A stretch of DNA of 29,417 nucleotides, taken from a candidate division WOR-3 bacterium. Lineage in GTDB: Bacteria; Hydrothermota; Tepidihabitantia; Tepidihabitantales; Tepidihabitantaceae. The notes beneath the pieces are model-generated. The model was not told the origin of the DNA. It worked only from the letters and a program-made list of their open reading frames with translations, and did not search any database. The stretch is from positions 1 through 29,417 of the forward strand of contig JBBISL010000023.1 of NCBI GenBank assembly GCA_037441285.1, given 5' to 3'. Shown here in pieces: positions 8,882 to 18,240 of this stretch. Every line of letters begins with the position of its first letter. The stretch's first letter is position 1. The translations under genes were made by a program, and so were the position numbers.

Positions 8882-9423
8882 ACCGACTTCTTCTTTTCCT
8901 GTCCGAGCTCATACCCCTTTTCCAGCGCCACGAGGTTTTTCTCAAGCAGTCGCGCGGGCAGGGTGTCCTGAACCGCCTTAATTAGCGCCTCCCAAGGAAC
9001 AACATCGGTCACGGCGACCACAAACCCGAGCATCACCATATTGGCAAACATCCGATTCCCCAGACCTTCCGCGATTCTCGTTGCCGGAATGGTAAACTCC
9101 CTGACCCGACCAAAATGGTTATGGGGCTTGACCAGGTTTTCCTCCCAGATGAGAACCCCGCCGTCCTTTAATGTCGGCTCAAACTTCTCATACGCCTCCT
9201 GGGACATCGCCACTAAAATGTCGGGCGCGGTTAAATAAGGATAAAGCACCCGCTCTTCCGAGATAATCAACTGCGCTGAACAGGCACCGCCCCGTGCCTC
9301 GGGTCCAAAACTCTGGGTCAGGGTCGCATATTTATTATCATACAGGGTAGCAGCCCGACCCAGAACCATCCCCATCATTATAATCCCCTGACCGCCAAAT
9401 CCGGAAAGTTTAATCTCCATCAT
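8878..9423 (-). CDS. 2-oxoacid:ferredoxin oxidoreductase gamma subunit (copy 1)
   Basis: EIKLSGFGGQG..QSFGPEARGG..NMVMLG. Start moved to ATG 9423 (MMEIK). Confidence 0.92.
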   Translation of the reverse strand: MMEIKLSGFGGQGIIMMGMVLGRAATLYDNKYATLTQSFGPEARGGACSAQLIISEERVLYPYLTAPDILVAMSQEAYEKFEPTLKDGGVLIWEENLVKPHNHFGRVREFTIPATRIAEGLGNRMFANMVMLGFVVAVTDVVPWEALIKAVQDTLPARLLEKNLVALEKGYELGQEKKKSV

Positions 9424-10300
9424 CCATTGGTCCTTGATAGGGAACAAATTTCTCGCCCACACTGGAACGCAAAAAATCGTTCATTGCTTCAAGATAGGTG
9501 GGTTTTCGCTTCTGGACAAACCTTCCAACAACGATTGGACCCTGATAGGTTATTTCACACTCCCGGGTGTCGATGTCATTTTTCACCACCGACTTTTCCT
9601 GATAGTATTTTACAATCTCCAGCCCGGAACCCAACTGATTGCGTCGGCCATAAACGGTAGGACAGGGCGATATCACCTCAACAAAACTGAATCCAGAGTG
9701 CATTAGCGCCTCTTTGAAAGTCTGGGTCATCTGGCGGACCTGAAGCACGGTCCAGCGTGCCACATAGGTTGCGCCACAGGAGTCAACAAGAAATGGGATG
9801 TTAAACGGGTGCTCAAAACTGCCATAAGGTGCCGTGGTCAACTTGGCACCCTGCGGCGTTGTGGGTCCAAACTGACCGCCGGTCATCGCATAGTTAAAGT
9901 TGTTCACACAGATAACCGTCAAATCCATATTGCGCCGCGCGGCATGAATCAGGTGATTACCACCAATCGATACCAGGTCGCCGTCGCCGGAGATAATCAC
10001 CACTTTTAATTTCGGATTACCCAGTTTTAAGCCAATCGCAAACGGTATCGCCCGGCCATGGGTGGTGTGAAACGAGTCCAGATTCACATAACCCGCAGCC
10101 CGGCCCGTGCAACCGATGCCGGACACTACCACCAGGTCCTCGCGGGGAATTGCGCTCTCCCGCACCGCGGTCAAAAAAGAGTTCAAAACAATACCCAGAC
10201 CACAGGTCGGACACCAGATATGGGGAATCCGGTCCACCCGTAACAGGTCATCAAGCGGATGTTGCCCCAGACCCGGCAAATTGACCGTCGCTTCGCTCAT
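9410..10300 (-). CDS. korB: 2-oxoacid:ferredoxin oxidoreductase beta (TPP-binding) subunit, KorB-like (copy 1)
   Basis: WCPTCG, VSGIGC, HTTHGRA, GDGD..GGNH..NNFNYAMTGGQ, SPCP. ATG 10300 overlaps the alpha stop (ATGA). Confidence 0.9.
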   Translation of the reverse strand: MSEATVNLPGLGQHPLDDLLRVDRIPHIWCPTCGLGIVLNSFLTAVRESAIPREDLVVVSGIGCTGRAAGYVNLDSFHTTHGRAIPFAIGLKLGNPKLKVVIISGDGDLVSIGGNHLIHAARRNMDLTVICVNNFNYAMTGGQFGPTTPQGAKLTTAPYGSFEHPFNIPFLVDSCGATYVARWTVLQVRQMTQTFKEALMHSGFSFVEVISPCPTVYGRRNQLGSGLEIVKYYQEKSVVKNDIDTRECEITYQGPIVVGRFVQKRKPTYLEAMNDFLRSSVGEKFVPYQGPMDDGD

Positions 10301-11451
10301 CGGGCACACTCCATTATCGCCTCAAAGATTGCCTTCGGGTCATGAACCCAGCCGCCACAATGGGGAACATGTTTTGTCTGGGCGCGGTCGGCGACCACCC
10401 GCTGCAACTCCAGATACACCTGTCCCAGATTTATCTCGGGCATAATAAACGCCTTTACGCGCTCCGCCAGTTGCTTAATCTGACGCTCAGGAAAGGGCCA
10501 GACCGTTATCAACCGGAGCATCCCGACTTTCACGCCGCGGGCACGGGCATCTTCAATCGCCTTGAAAGCGACCCGGGCGCTTATCCCGTATGCAACCACC
10601 ACCACCTCAGCGTCTTTTAGTTGATACTCATCAACCATAACAATCTTTTCCCTGTTTTTACGGATTTTGTCAACCAGATGGGTCACACACGAGTTCTGGC
10701 ATTCGGCATTAATCACCGGATAACCCCTTTCATCGTGCGTCAATCCGGTAATGTGAATCCGGTAATCCTTTCCGGCCCGCACCATCATCGGTACCCCATC
10801 CTCAGCCGGCTTAAAGGGCCGATACTGCTCTTTGGGACCACGATACCATCTGCGGGACACCGTTTTTATCTTGTCCGGCTCCGGAATCACCACCTTTTCG
10901 GTCATATGCCCCACGCATTCGTCCATCATAAACAGGACCGGCACCCGAAACTGCTCGGCAAGATTGAAACAGGTAATCGTCAAATCAAAGCACTCCTGGG
11001 GTGAAGACGGTGAAAGGGCGATAATCTCATAATCGCCATGCGAACCCCAGCGGGCTTGCATCATATCCTGCTGCCCGGTTAAAGTAGGTAACCCGGTTGA
11101 AGGACCGCCCCGCTGCACATCAACCACCACGCAAGGCGTTTCGGTCATCACCCCGAGCCCGATATTCTCCTGCATCAACGAAAACCCCGGACCCGAAGTA
11201 ACGGTCATCGCCTTGGTGCCGGCCCAGGCTGCCCCTAAAACCGCCGCGATTGATGCCAGTTCATCTTCCATCTGGATAAAAGTACCGCCCACCAGAGGAA
11301 AACGCTGGGCGATGCGTTCGGCAATTTCGGTGGAAGGGGTTATTGGATAACCGGCAAAAAACCGGCACCCGGCCGCAATTGCGCCCTCAGCACAGGCATG
11401 GTCGCCGTCAAGAAAATGAGCGCCGCTCAGTACGACACCGTTATTTTTCAA
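10297..11451 (-). CDS. korA: 2-oxoacid:ferredoxin oxidoreductase alpha subunit, KorA-like (copy 1)
   Basis: FFAGYPITPSTE, QMEDE, TSGPGFSLMQE, QRGGPSTGLPT. Likely TTG start at 11451 after GGAGGAAAGG. Confidence 0.9.
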   Translation of the reverse strand: MKNNGVVLSGAHFLDGDHACAEGAIAAGCRFFAGYPITPSTEIAERIAQRFPLVGGTFIQMEDELASIAAVLGAAWAGTKAMTVTSGPGFSLMQENIGLGVMTETPCVVVDVQRGGPSTGLPTLTGQQDMMQARWGSHGDYEIIALSPSSPQECFDLTITCFNLAEQFRVPVLFMMDECVGHMTEKVVIPEPDKIKTVSRRWYRGPKEQYRPFKPAEDGVPMMVRAGKDYRIHITGLTHDERGYPVINAECQNSCVTHLVDKIRKNREKIVMVDEYQLKDAEVVVVAYGISARVAFKAIEDARARGVKVGMLRLITVWPFPERQIKQLAERVKAFIMPEINLGQVYLELQRVVADRAQTKHVPHCGGWVHDPKAIFEAIMECAR

Positions 11452-11737
11452 CCTTTCCTCCTGAAAGGGTGCTTTCGTCTTCCGGTGCCAGTGTTGTCCA
11501 GATGGCAAACTCGGCACAGATTGCGGTGCACAGCCCGCAGTTGACACAGCGCTCCGGATATTTAACAACCGGAGGGTGATAACCCCGACGATTGAAATCG
11601 GTTGATGCCTCAAGCACCTGTTTCGGACAATAGGTAATACAGAATCCGCACCCCTTACACCGCTCAACAAGAATATGAACTACCCCGCGGGGCGGCTTTT
11701 TTTCATCGGCATCCAATGGTTTGCGCCAGAGTTTCAT
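11441..11737 (-). CDS. 2x[4Fe-4S] ferredoxin, OFOR delta subunit (copy 1)
   Basis: CKGCGFCITYCP and CVNCGLCTAICA. ATG 11737 lies downstream of a promoter. Confidence 0.9.
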   Translation of the reverse strand: MKLWRKPLDADEKKPPRGVVHILVERCKGCGFCITYCPKQVLEASTDFNRRGYHPPVVKYPERCVNCGLCTAICAEFAIWTTLAPEDESTLSGGKVEK

Positions 11738-11752
11738 TGAAACAAGAATGTC

Positions 11753-11780
11753 ATTATAAAAGCTAAATTTCATCGGTCAA
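11753..11780 (-). promoter_or_regulatory. Promoter TTGACC-16-TATAAT for the OFOR-Hdr operon
   Basis: Reverse complements of ggtcaa (11775-11780) and attata (11753-11758). Confidence 0.65.
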
Positions 11781-11804
11781 GAAAAAGTCTGCGGTCTGGT
11801 TAAA

Positions 11805-11832
11805 TTGACTTGTAATACCTTTCGAGTAACAT
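11805..11832 (+). promoter_or_regulatory. Divergent promoter TTGACT-16-TAACAT
   Basis: Upstream of the TAAGGAGG RBS of the 11858 gene. Confidence 0.5.
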
Positions 11833-11857
11833 ATTTCAAAGAATAAGGAGGCGTTGC

Positions 11858-12316
11858 ATGCGTTATGCAGTTGTTCTGACTACCGTGGTGTTCGCACTTA
11901 TTTTGGTGTCGAATACCGGATGTATGAAATGTGGCGAAAAGGCATCCGAGAAGGTTGCCGAAAAGATGATTGAGCAGGCAAGCGGCGGTAAGGTCAAAGC
12001 CGATGTCGGTACCGTTGACATCTCGGACCTGCCCCAGCACCTCCGCTATCCGAATGCCGTTGCCAAAGCAAAGTGGCAGGCAAACACCAAGGATGGTGCC
12101 GGAACGATGTGGGCATTTGAAACCCAGGACCCGCGGCCGCAGGTTGTCCAGTTCTACAAGAACGCCCTTGCCAGCTGGAAGTCTTCGCTCACCAGTGAAA
12201 CGCCGGAGATGACGATGCTGATGTATGCCAGCCCGGATGAAAAGGAGTTTGTCGCAATAAATGTCACCACTCAGGATAAAGGGACAGCACTGCAAATCAC
12301 CTATACCAAAAAATAA
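11858..12316 (+). CDS. Hypothetical lipoprotein (paralogue-like to 2382..2837)
   Basis: Signal peptide ending NTG-C; strong TAAGGAGG RBS. Confidence 0.8.
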   Translation: MRYAVVLTTVVFALILVSNTGCMKCGEKASEKVAEKMIEQASGGKVKADVGTVDISDLPQHLRYPNAVAKAKWQANTKDGAGTMWAFETQDPRPQVVQFYKNALASWKSSLTSETPEMTMLMYASPDEKEFVAINVTTQDKGTALQITYTKK

Positions 12317-12369
12317 GGAAAGAAAACTGCCCACTTAACCGATATCACCGGTAACGGGAAAATTGCGAT

Positions 12370-12852
12370 ATGAGCGAAAGGGTATCGGACTATGAGGCGA
12401 TGGAAAGGGCGATTGAACAAGCCCTTGCCAGTATCGCCTCCGGTCAGGCACCTTTTGGCTGCGTCATCGTTAAAGACGGTCAGGTCATCGCCGCTGCCCA
12501 CAACACCGTATGGCAGGATAATGACCCATCCGCCCATGCCGAGGTCAATGCGATACGCCAGGCTTGTCGCCGGCTGAAAACGATTCATTTGACCAATGCC
12601 GTTATCTTCTGCACCTGCGAACCCTGTCCCATGTGCTACTCAGTTGCCCATTGGGCACGAATCGGCAAAATTGTCTTCGGGGCGCGGATTAGCGATGCCC
12701 GCGCTGCCGGCTTCAACGAACTGGAAATCTCCGCCCAGCAGATGAAAACCATTGGCCAGGACAAAATCGAAATCGTCCCCGACTTTTTAGCCGAAAAATG
12801 CCACGCAATTTTTGAACTGTGGCGCCGGCAAGGCATCGGCAAACCCTATTGA
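12370..12852 (+). CDS. Zn-dependent nucleoside/guanine deaminase (CDA/TadA superfamily)
   Basis: PFGCVIV, DPSAHAEVNAIR, CEPCPMC..HWARI; GuaD-like rather than TadA-like. Confidence 0.88.
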   Translation: MSERVSDYEAMERAIEQALASIASGQAPFGCVIVKDGQVIAAAHNTVWQDNDPSAHAEVNAIRQACRRLKTIHLTNAVIFCTCEPCPMCYSVAHWARIGKIVFGARISDARAAGFNELEISAQQMKTIGQDKIEIVPDFLAEKCHAIFELWRRQGIGKPY

Positions 12853-12856
12853 ATCA

Positions 12857-13108
12857 ATGAAAAAGTTTCTCCTTGAAGAACCGGTAGAGATTGTCGGACC
12901 TAAGGGTCATCGCCACCGATTGCTAAAGCACTTCTGTAAAGGCTGTCGCATCTGCGTCGCCTTCTGCCCGACTCAAACCCTTGACCTTGACGAACGGTTC
13001 AAAGTAACCGTTGCCCATCCGGAACGGTGCATCGGTTGCCGGTTGTGCGAACTGCGCTGCCCGGATTTGGCGATTTTTGTCACGCCGGCAAGAAGGAAAC
13101 AGGAATGA
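12857..13108 (+). CDS. 2x[4Fe-4S] ferredoxin, OFOR delta subunit (copy 2)
   Basis: CKGCRICVAFCP and CIGCRLCELRCPDLAI; ATG at 12857. Confidence 0.9.
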   Translation: MKKFLLEEPVEIVGPKGHRHRLLKHFCKGCRICVAFCPTQTLDLDERFKVTVAHPERCIGCRLCELRCPDLAIFVTPARRKQE

Positions 13109-14211
13109 AGCAGTTACTATCCGGCAACGAAGCCTGTGCCATCGGTGCCATCCGCGCCGGCGTGCGCTTTTTTGCCGGCTATCCCATCACCCCTTCTACC
13201 GAAATCGCCGAATACCTTTCCCGGGAACTACCGCGGGTCGGGGGCACTTTTATCCAGATGGAAGACGAAATCGGTTCCATCTGCTGTATGAACGGCGCCA
13301 CCGCGGCTGGTGTCAAGGCGATGACCGCCACCTCAGGACCGGGATTTTCTTTAATGCAGGAAGGTATCGGTTATTCAATAATGGCGGAACTGCCCTGTAT
13401 CATTGTCAATGTGATGCGGGGCGGACCAGCAACCGGCACCCCAACACGCACCTCCCAGGCGGATGTGATGCAGGCACGCTTTGGCACCCACGGCGACCAT
13501 CCGATTGTCGCCCTTTGTCCCTGGAGTGTAAGGGAATGTTTTGACTTAACGGCTGAGGCGGTCAACATCTCCGAAAGGTTACGGATTCCGGTCATCGTCC
13601 TGATGGACGAAATCGTCGGTCATATGCGCGAAGTGGTTGAACTACCCGAAACGGTAAAAATCTGGCGACCGGACAAACCCAAACCCGCACCTGACCAGTA
13701 CTACCATTACGACGACCGCAACAACTACGATGCGGCTATTGCCAGTTTCGGCGAAGGTTACCGCATCCATCTCACCGGCTTAACCCATCGTAAAGACGGA
13801 TTTCCCACCGATGACCCGGAGATTATCAAATGGAACCTGGACCGGCTCCGCAACAAAATTGAAGAGAACCGCTCCTGGCTCTGGGACATCTATTACGAAG
13901 ACATCGGCTCGGAAACGGTAATCGTGTGTTATGGCAGTGCTGCCCGTGCCGGAATGGAGGCAAAACGCCAGTTTGAACTTAAGACGGGCCGCCGGGTGGG
14001 GATTGTTCGACTCCGGATGGTCTGGCCCTTCCCGAACGAAAGACTCATCGCTTTGTTACGCAGCGCCCGGAGGGTGATTGTTCCGGAAATGAACCAGGGA
14101 CAGCTTTACCGTGAGGTAGAACGCACCGTCAGTTTGCGGGTACCGGTGGTCTCAGTCCAGCGCTACGACGGCGAGATGCTCACTCCCGAGGAGATTATTG
14201 CCAGCCTATGA
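13105..14211 (+). CDS. korA: 2-oxoacid:ferredoxin oxidoreductase alpha subunit, KorA-like (copy 2)
   Basis: MKQLLSGNEAC..FFAGYPITPSTE..TSGPGFSLMQE..MRGGPATGTPT; ATGA overlap with delta. Confidence 0.9.
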   Translation: MKQLLSGNEACAIGAIRAGVRFFAGYPITPSTEIAEYLSRELPRVGGTFIQMEDEIGSICCMNGATAAGVKAMTATSGPGFSLMQEGIGYSIMAELPCIIVNVMRGGPATGTPTRTSQADVMQARFGTHGDHPIVALCPWSVRECFDLTAEAVNISERLRIPVIVLMDEIVGHMREVVELPETVKIWRPDKPKPAPDQYYHYDDRNNYDAAIASFGEGYRIHLTGLTHRKDGFPTDDPEIIKWNLDRLRNKIEENRSWLWDIYYEDIGSETVIVCYGSAARAGMEAKRQFELKTGRRVGIVRLRMVWPFPNERLIALLRSARRVIVPEMNQGQLYREVERTVSLRVPVVSVQRYDGEMLTPEEIIASL

Positions 14212-15035
14212 TTGAAGTAACCAACGACCAGTTCCTTGGCTACTTTCGCCTTGACGAAAGGTTTCCCCATATCCTCTGTCCGGGTTGTGGTATCGGTACC
14301 ACGATGGCTACAATGGTACGGGCTTTTCTGGAACTGGGAATAAAGCAGGATGAACTGTGCGTGGTATCGGGTATTGGTTGTTCTTCCCGTGTGCCGGGTT
14401 ATCTCGACTGTGATACCTTTCATACCCTGCATGGCAGAGCCCTGCCCGCCGCCACCGGTGTCAAACTGGCAAAACCAGAACTGAAGGTGGTCGTGATTGG
14501 CGGCGACGGTGACATTATGGCAATTGGTGGCAACCACTTCATCCATGCCGCCCGGCGTAATCTTGACATTACGGTGATTGTCGTCAACAACTTCACCTAT
14601 GCGATGACCGGGGGCCAGTACTCACCAACCACCCCAACACACGAACGGGCGGCAACCGCACCCTTTGGCAATGTCGAGCGCAGTTTTGATGTCTGTTTCC
14701 TTGCCAAGGCGGCGGGCGCAATGTTTGTCGCCCGCAGCACCACCTTCCATGTTGCTCACTTAAAGAAGATGCTCGAACTGGCGCTCAAGAAAAACGGGTT
14801 CAGCGTCGTTGAAGTCATCAGCCAGTGCCCAACATTCTATGGCCGGTATCAGGGTATCGGTGATGCGGTTCAGATGCTCGAATGGCTGCGGACCCGTGCT
14901 GTTGATGTCAGCAAGGTTACCGACCCCTGGCACCAGAAAGACAAGTTCGTTATCGGCGTCCTGCACGACCAGCAAGAAATTGCGCCCTATACGCAACTTT
15001 ATGAACAGATTCGAGCGCAATCCAGAGGAAAATGA
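14208..15035 (+). CDS. korB: 2-oxoacid:ferredoxin oxidoreductase beta subunit, KorB-like (copy 2)
   Basis: LCPGCG, VSGIGCSSR, HTLHGRA, GDGD..GGNH..NNFTYAMTGGQYSPTT. Confidence 0.9.
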   Translation: MIEVTNDQFLGYFRLDERFPHILCPGCGIGTTMATMVRAFLELGIKQDELCVVSGIGCSSRVPGYLDCDTFHTLHGRALPAATGVKLAKPELKVVVIGGDGDIMAIGGNHFIHAARRNLDITVIVVNNFTYAMTGGQYSPTTPTHERAATAPFGNVERSFDVCFLAKAAGAMFVARSTTFHVAHLKKMLELALKKNGFSVVEVISQCPTFYGRYQGIGDAVQMLEWLRTRAVDVSKVTDPWHQKDKFVIGVLHDQQEIAPYTQLYEQIRAQSRGK

Positions 15036-15601
15036 AGAAGATTGAAATTCGTTTTGCCGGAACCGGGGGACAGGGTGTGATTCTTGCCAGCGTGGTCTTT
15101 GCCGAAGCCGCTGGTGTGCACGAAGGCTGGCAGGTTGTCCAGACGCAGAGTTACGGACCAGAGGCACGCGGCGGCGCCTCCAAGGCTGATGTCATCATCT
15201 CGGACCGACCGATACTCTTTCCCAAATGTCGAAAACTGGACTTTCTCGTCTGTTTGAGTCAACCGGCGGTCGCAAAGTACCTGAGCGACTTAAAGGTCCG
15301 GGGAATGGCAATCACCGACCGCTTCTATGTGCGTGAATGTCCCCACCCGAAAACGGTCTGCCTGCCCCTTTCCGAAACCGCCCGTCAGGAACTGGGTAGA
15401 GAACTTTTTACCAACATCGTTACCGTTGGTGCCGTAGCACGCATCAGCGGACTCATTACCCTCGAATCGCTAAAAAAGACCGTTGCCAGCCGCGTGCCGA
15501 AACAGTTTATTGACATCAATGTCAAAGCGATTGAACTGGGCTGGAACCTCGTGGAAAAAACCACCATCTCATCTGTGCCGGCTGAAACAAAACATCCCTA
15601 A
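15032..15601 (+). CDS. 2-oxoacid:ferredoxin oxidoreductase gamma subunit (copy 2)
   Basis: EIRFAGTGGQG..QSYGPEARGGAS. Confidence 0.92.
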   Translation: MKKIEIRFAGTGGQGVILASVVFAEAAGVHEGWQVVQTQSYGPEARGGASKADVIISDRPILFPKCRKLDFLVCLSQPAVAKYLSDLKVRGMAITDRFYVRECPHPKTVCLPLSETARQELGRELFTNIVTVGAVARISGLITLESLKKTVASRVPKQFIDINVKAIELGWNLVEKTTISSVPAETKHP

Positions 15602-15618
15602 AACAGTATAGACTTCTG

Positions 15619-16218
15619 ATGAACTTGAACCGGTTGCCCGCAGACCCGGAAGCGGTTGAAAAGGCGGTCACAGTCCTCGCCGGTGCTTTTATGTTTGACC
15701 CGCTCTGGCAGAACCTTTTCCCGCAAAACCAGAAGCGCTTCAACGCCCTTTCTGCTGTCCTGCGTCTTCTTATTCGCTACGGACTTAACTACGGCTGGGT
15801 AAATACCGATCCGGAAATCAACGCGGTCGCCCTCTGGCTTCCTTCAGACCGAACCCGTCCCCATCTCCTCAACTCCTTTTCTTCAGCGGTGTTAACCCTT
15901 CCTTTCCGCCTGGGACTCAAACCGCTCCGTCTGATGCTCAAATTTGACCGTTTTCAAAATCAACTTCACAACCAGGTCATCACCCATCCGCACCGTTACC
16001 TTGCCCTGCTTGGGGTCACTCCCGAGCATCAGGGCAAAGGGTTCGGCACCGCCTTACTCCAATCGGGTATTAAAGAAGCAACCAAATACAACCTGCCCAT
16101 TTACCTTGATACGACAAACGAACGCAATATTGCCTATTACAACCGGTTTGGATTCAAACTGGTAAAATCCCTGGCACTTTCCGAACCCCGAATCACCCTG
16201 TTTGGCTTACTCTATTAG
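15619..16218 (+). CDS. GNAT-family N-acetyltransferase (puromycin-AT-like)
   Basis: YLALLGVTPEHQGKGFGTALL (acetyl-CoA motif A); YLDT..NIAYYNRFGF. Confidence 0.88.
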   Translation: MNLNRLPADPEAVEKAVTVLAGAFMFDPLWQNLFPQNQKRFNALSAVLRLLIRYGLNYGWVNTDPEINAVALWLPSDRTRPHLLNSFSSAVLTLPFRLGLKPLRLMLKFDRFQNQLHNQVITHPHRYLALLGVTPEHQGKGFGTALLQSGIKEATKYNLPIYLDTTNERNIAYYNRFGFKLVKSLALSEPRITLFGLLY

Positions 16219-16340
16219 CCGCAACCCTGATGGAATATTAAGGTGAACCAAGCAACCACCCTTTAAGTTCATTGACGCCTTTTTGTCCCAATCTTATTCC
16301 CTACCGAGCCCGATACTCAACCACTAACGCTCAAAACTAA

Positions 16341-16360
16341 GTTATACTTTAAAGTATAAC
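16341..16360. promoter_or_regulatory. Perfect 20-bp palindrome, candidate operator
   Basis: GTTATACTTT|AAAGTATAAC in the intergenic region upstream of hutU. Confidence 0.5.
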
Positions 16361-16475
16361 ATACCCAGAGTGGCTTTTATTTATAACCAATTGTAATTTA
16401 ACAAGTTACCCTGTAATTGCGCCATTTTCCATACCCAACCCCGGGGTAGTTTCGGAGATGGTAATGGAAATTGTG

Positions 16476-16504
16476 TTGACATTGCCTCAATCCGCATCTA
16501 TCAT
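16476..16504 (+). promoter_or_regulatory. Promoter TTGACA-17-TATCAT for hutU
   Basis: Near-consensus hexamers followed by the GGAGGTG RBS. Confidence 0.7.
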
Positions 16505-16521
16505 TTTGGGAGGTGACACTT

Positions 16522-18237
16522 ATGAAAGAAGGTTTTGAATATAGACCAATCCGGGCGCCACGAGGCAAAAATCTCTCCTGCAAAGGCTGGCAACAGGAAG
16601 CGGCGCTTCGGATGTTAATGAACAACCTGGACCCGGAAGTTGCCGAAAAGCCTGAGGAGTTAATCGTTTATGGAGGCACCGGCCGGGCGGCAAGAAACTG
16701 GCGATGTTTTGAGGCGATAGTCCGGTGTCTAAAAGAACTGGAAAATGACGAAACCCTGCTTGTCCAGTCGGGCAAACCGGTCGGGGTCTTTAAAACATTT
16801 CCCTATGCCCCACGGGTTTTAATTGCCAACTCCAATTTAGTCCCGCACTGGGCAACCAAACCGTACTTCGACGAACTGGAGGCGGCAGGTTTGATTATGT
16901 ACGGCCAGATGACCGCCGGCTCCTGGATTTACATCGGCACCCAGGGAATTTTACAGGGAACTTACCAGACATTTGTCAGCGCTGGAATCAAGCACTTCGG
17001 CAGTGGCGATTTAAATGGCAAACTGGTCGTATCAGGTGGCCTGGGTGGAATGAGCGGCGCTCAACCCCTTGCGGCGACGATGGCAAATGCCACCTATCTT
17101 GGTGCCGAGGTTGACCCGGCACGGATTGAACGCCGCCTCGCTTCCCAAAAGCCCCGCTATCTTGACGAACGCATCGACGACCTGGACAAAGCGATTGATG
17201 CCGCGCTTGAAGCAAAAGCCCACCGCATCGCCAAAAGCATCGCCTGGTGTGGTAACATCGTTGACCTTTTGCGTCGCCTGGTGGAACGCAACATCACCCC
17301 GGACCTATTGACCGACCAGACCTCGGCACACGACGAACTGAACGGCTATGTGCCCACCGGCATCACCTTCGCTGAGGCGCTAAAGCTACGCCGCACCGAC
17401 CCATCGGAGTATCGGAAGCGTGCCTATCAAACGATGGCGGAACATGTCCGGCTGATGCTTCTCCTCCAGTCGCGGGGCGCGGTAACCTTTGACTACGGCA
17501 ACAATCTGCGGGGCAAGGCGATTGAGGGCGGCTTTTTAGCCGAAGCCGAGATTCGCACCCCGGGTAAAATTGGTTCCTGGAAGTATCCTGGTTTTGTTCC
17601 GGCATACATCCGGCCGCTTTTCTGTCACGGGATGGGACCGTTCCGCTGGGTTGCACTGAGTGGCGAACCCGAGGACATCTTTGAAACCGACCGCATCGTC
17701 GCTGACCTCTTTCCGGAAAACCAGCCCCTGCTCAACTGGCTCAAAAAAGCCGAATCCCTGGTACCTTTCCAGGGGCTACCCGCCCGCATCTGCTGGCTCG
17801 GCTACGGCGAACGGGACAAGGTCGGCTTGGCGTTCAATCAGGCGGTGCGAGCCGGTAAGTTACGCGGTCCGATTGTCATCGGCCGCGACCATCTTGACAC
17901 CGGTTCCGTGGCTTCCCCGAACCGGGAAACCGAAGCGATGCTCGACGGCTCCGATGCGATTGCCGACTGGCCCATGCTCAACGCCCTGCTCAATGTCGCT
18001 TCCGGCGCCTCCTGGGTGTCGATTCACTCGGGCGGTGGTGTCGGCATTGGCTATTCAATCCACGCCGGCCAGGTTACGGTGTGTGACGGCTCGCCGGAAA
18101 TGGATGAACGCATCAAGCGTGTCCTGACCAACGACCCCGGAATTGGCGTCTGTCGCCACGCCGACGCCGGCTATGAAGAGGCAAAGGCGGTTGCCCGCAG
18201 CCACAGGATTAAAATCCCGATGCTTGAACAAGAGTAA
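16522..18237 (+). CDS. hutU: Urocanate hydratase
   Basis: [69 protein letters not shown] 16522 follows the RBS. Confidence 0.97.
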   Translation: MKEGFEYRPIRAPRGKNLSCKGWQQEAALRMLMNNLDPEVAEKPEELIVYGGTGRAARNWRCFEAIVRCLKELENDETLLVQSGKPVGVFKTFPYAPRVLIANSNLVPHWATKPYFDELEAAGLIMYGQMTAGSWIYIGTQGILQGTYQTFVSAGIKHFGSGDLNGKLVVSGGLGGMSGAQPLAATMANATYLGAEVDPARIERRLASQKPRYLDERIDDLDKAIDAALEAKAHRIAKSIAWCGNIVDLLRRLVERNITPDLLTDQTSAHDELNGYVPTGITFAEALKLRRTDPSEYRKRAYQTMAEHVRLMLLLQSRGAVTFDYGNNLRGKAIEGGFLAEAEIRTPGKIGSWKYPGFVPAYIRPLFCHGMGPFRWVALSGEPEDIFETDRIVADLFPENQPLLNWLKKAESLVPFQGLPARICWLGYGERDKVGLAFNQAVRAGKLRGPIVIGRDHLDTGSVASPNRETEAMLDGSDAIADWPMLNALLNVASGASWVSIHSGGGVGIGYSIHAGQVTVCDGSPEMDERIKRVLTNDPGIGVCRHADAGYEEAKAVARSHRIKIPMLEQE

Positions 18238-18240
18238 AGC

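Noticed and set aside
11452..11670. N-terminal extension of OFOR alpha (likewise the track starts at 9462, 12812, 13027 and 24463)
   Set aside because: These extensions overlap neighbouring genes or promoters and have no family similarity. Downstream starts fit RBS position and coupling.
11777..12334. 185-aa minus-strand ORF
   Set aside because: Antisense shadow of the lipoprotein gene, which has the RBS and signal peptide.
12370..12852. tRNA adenosine deaminase TadA
   Set aside because: It has PFG..HWARI and GF-type features of guanine-deaminase-like proteins and lacks the TadA EVPVGA and FF..RR signatures.
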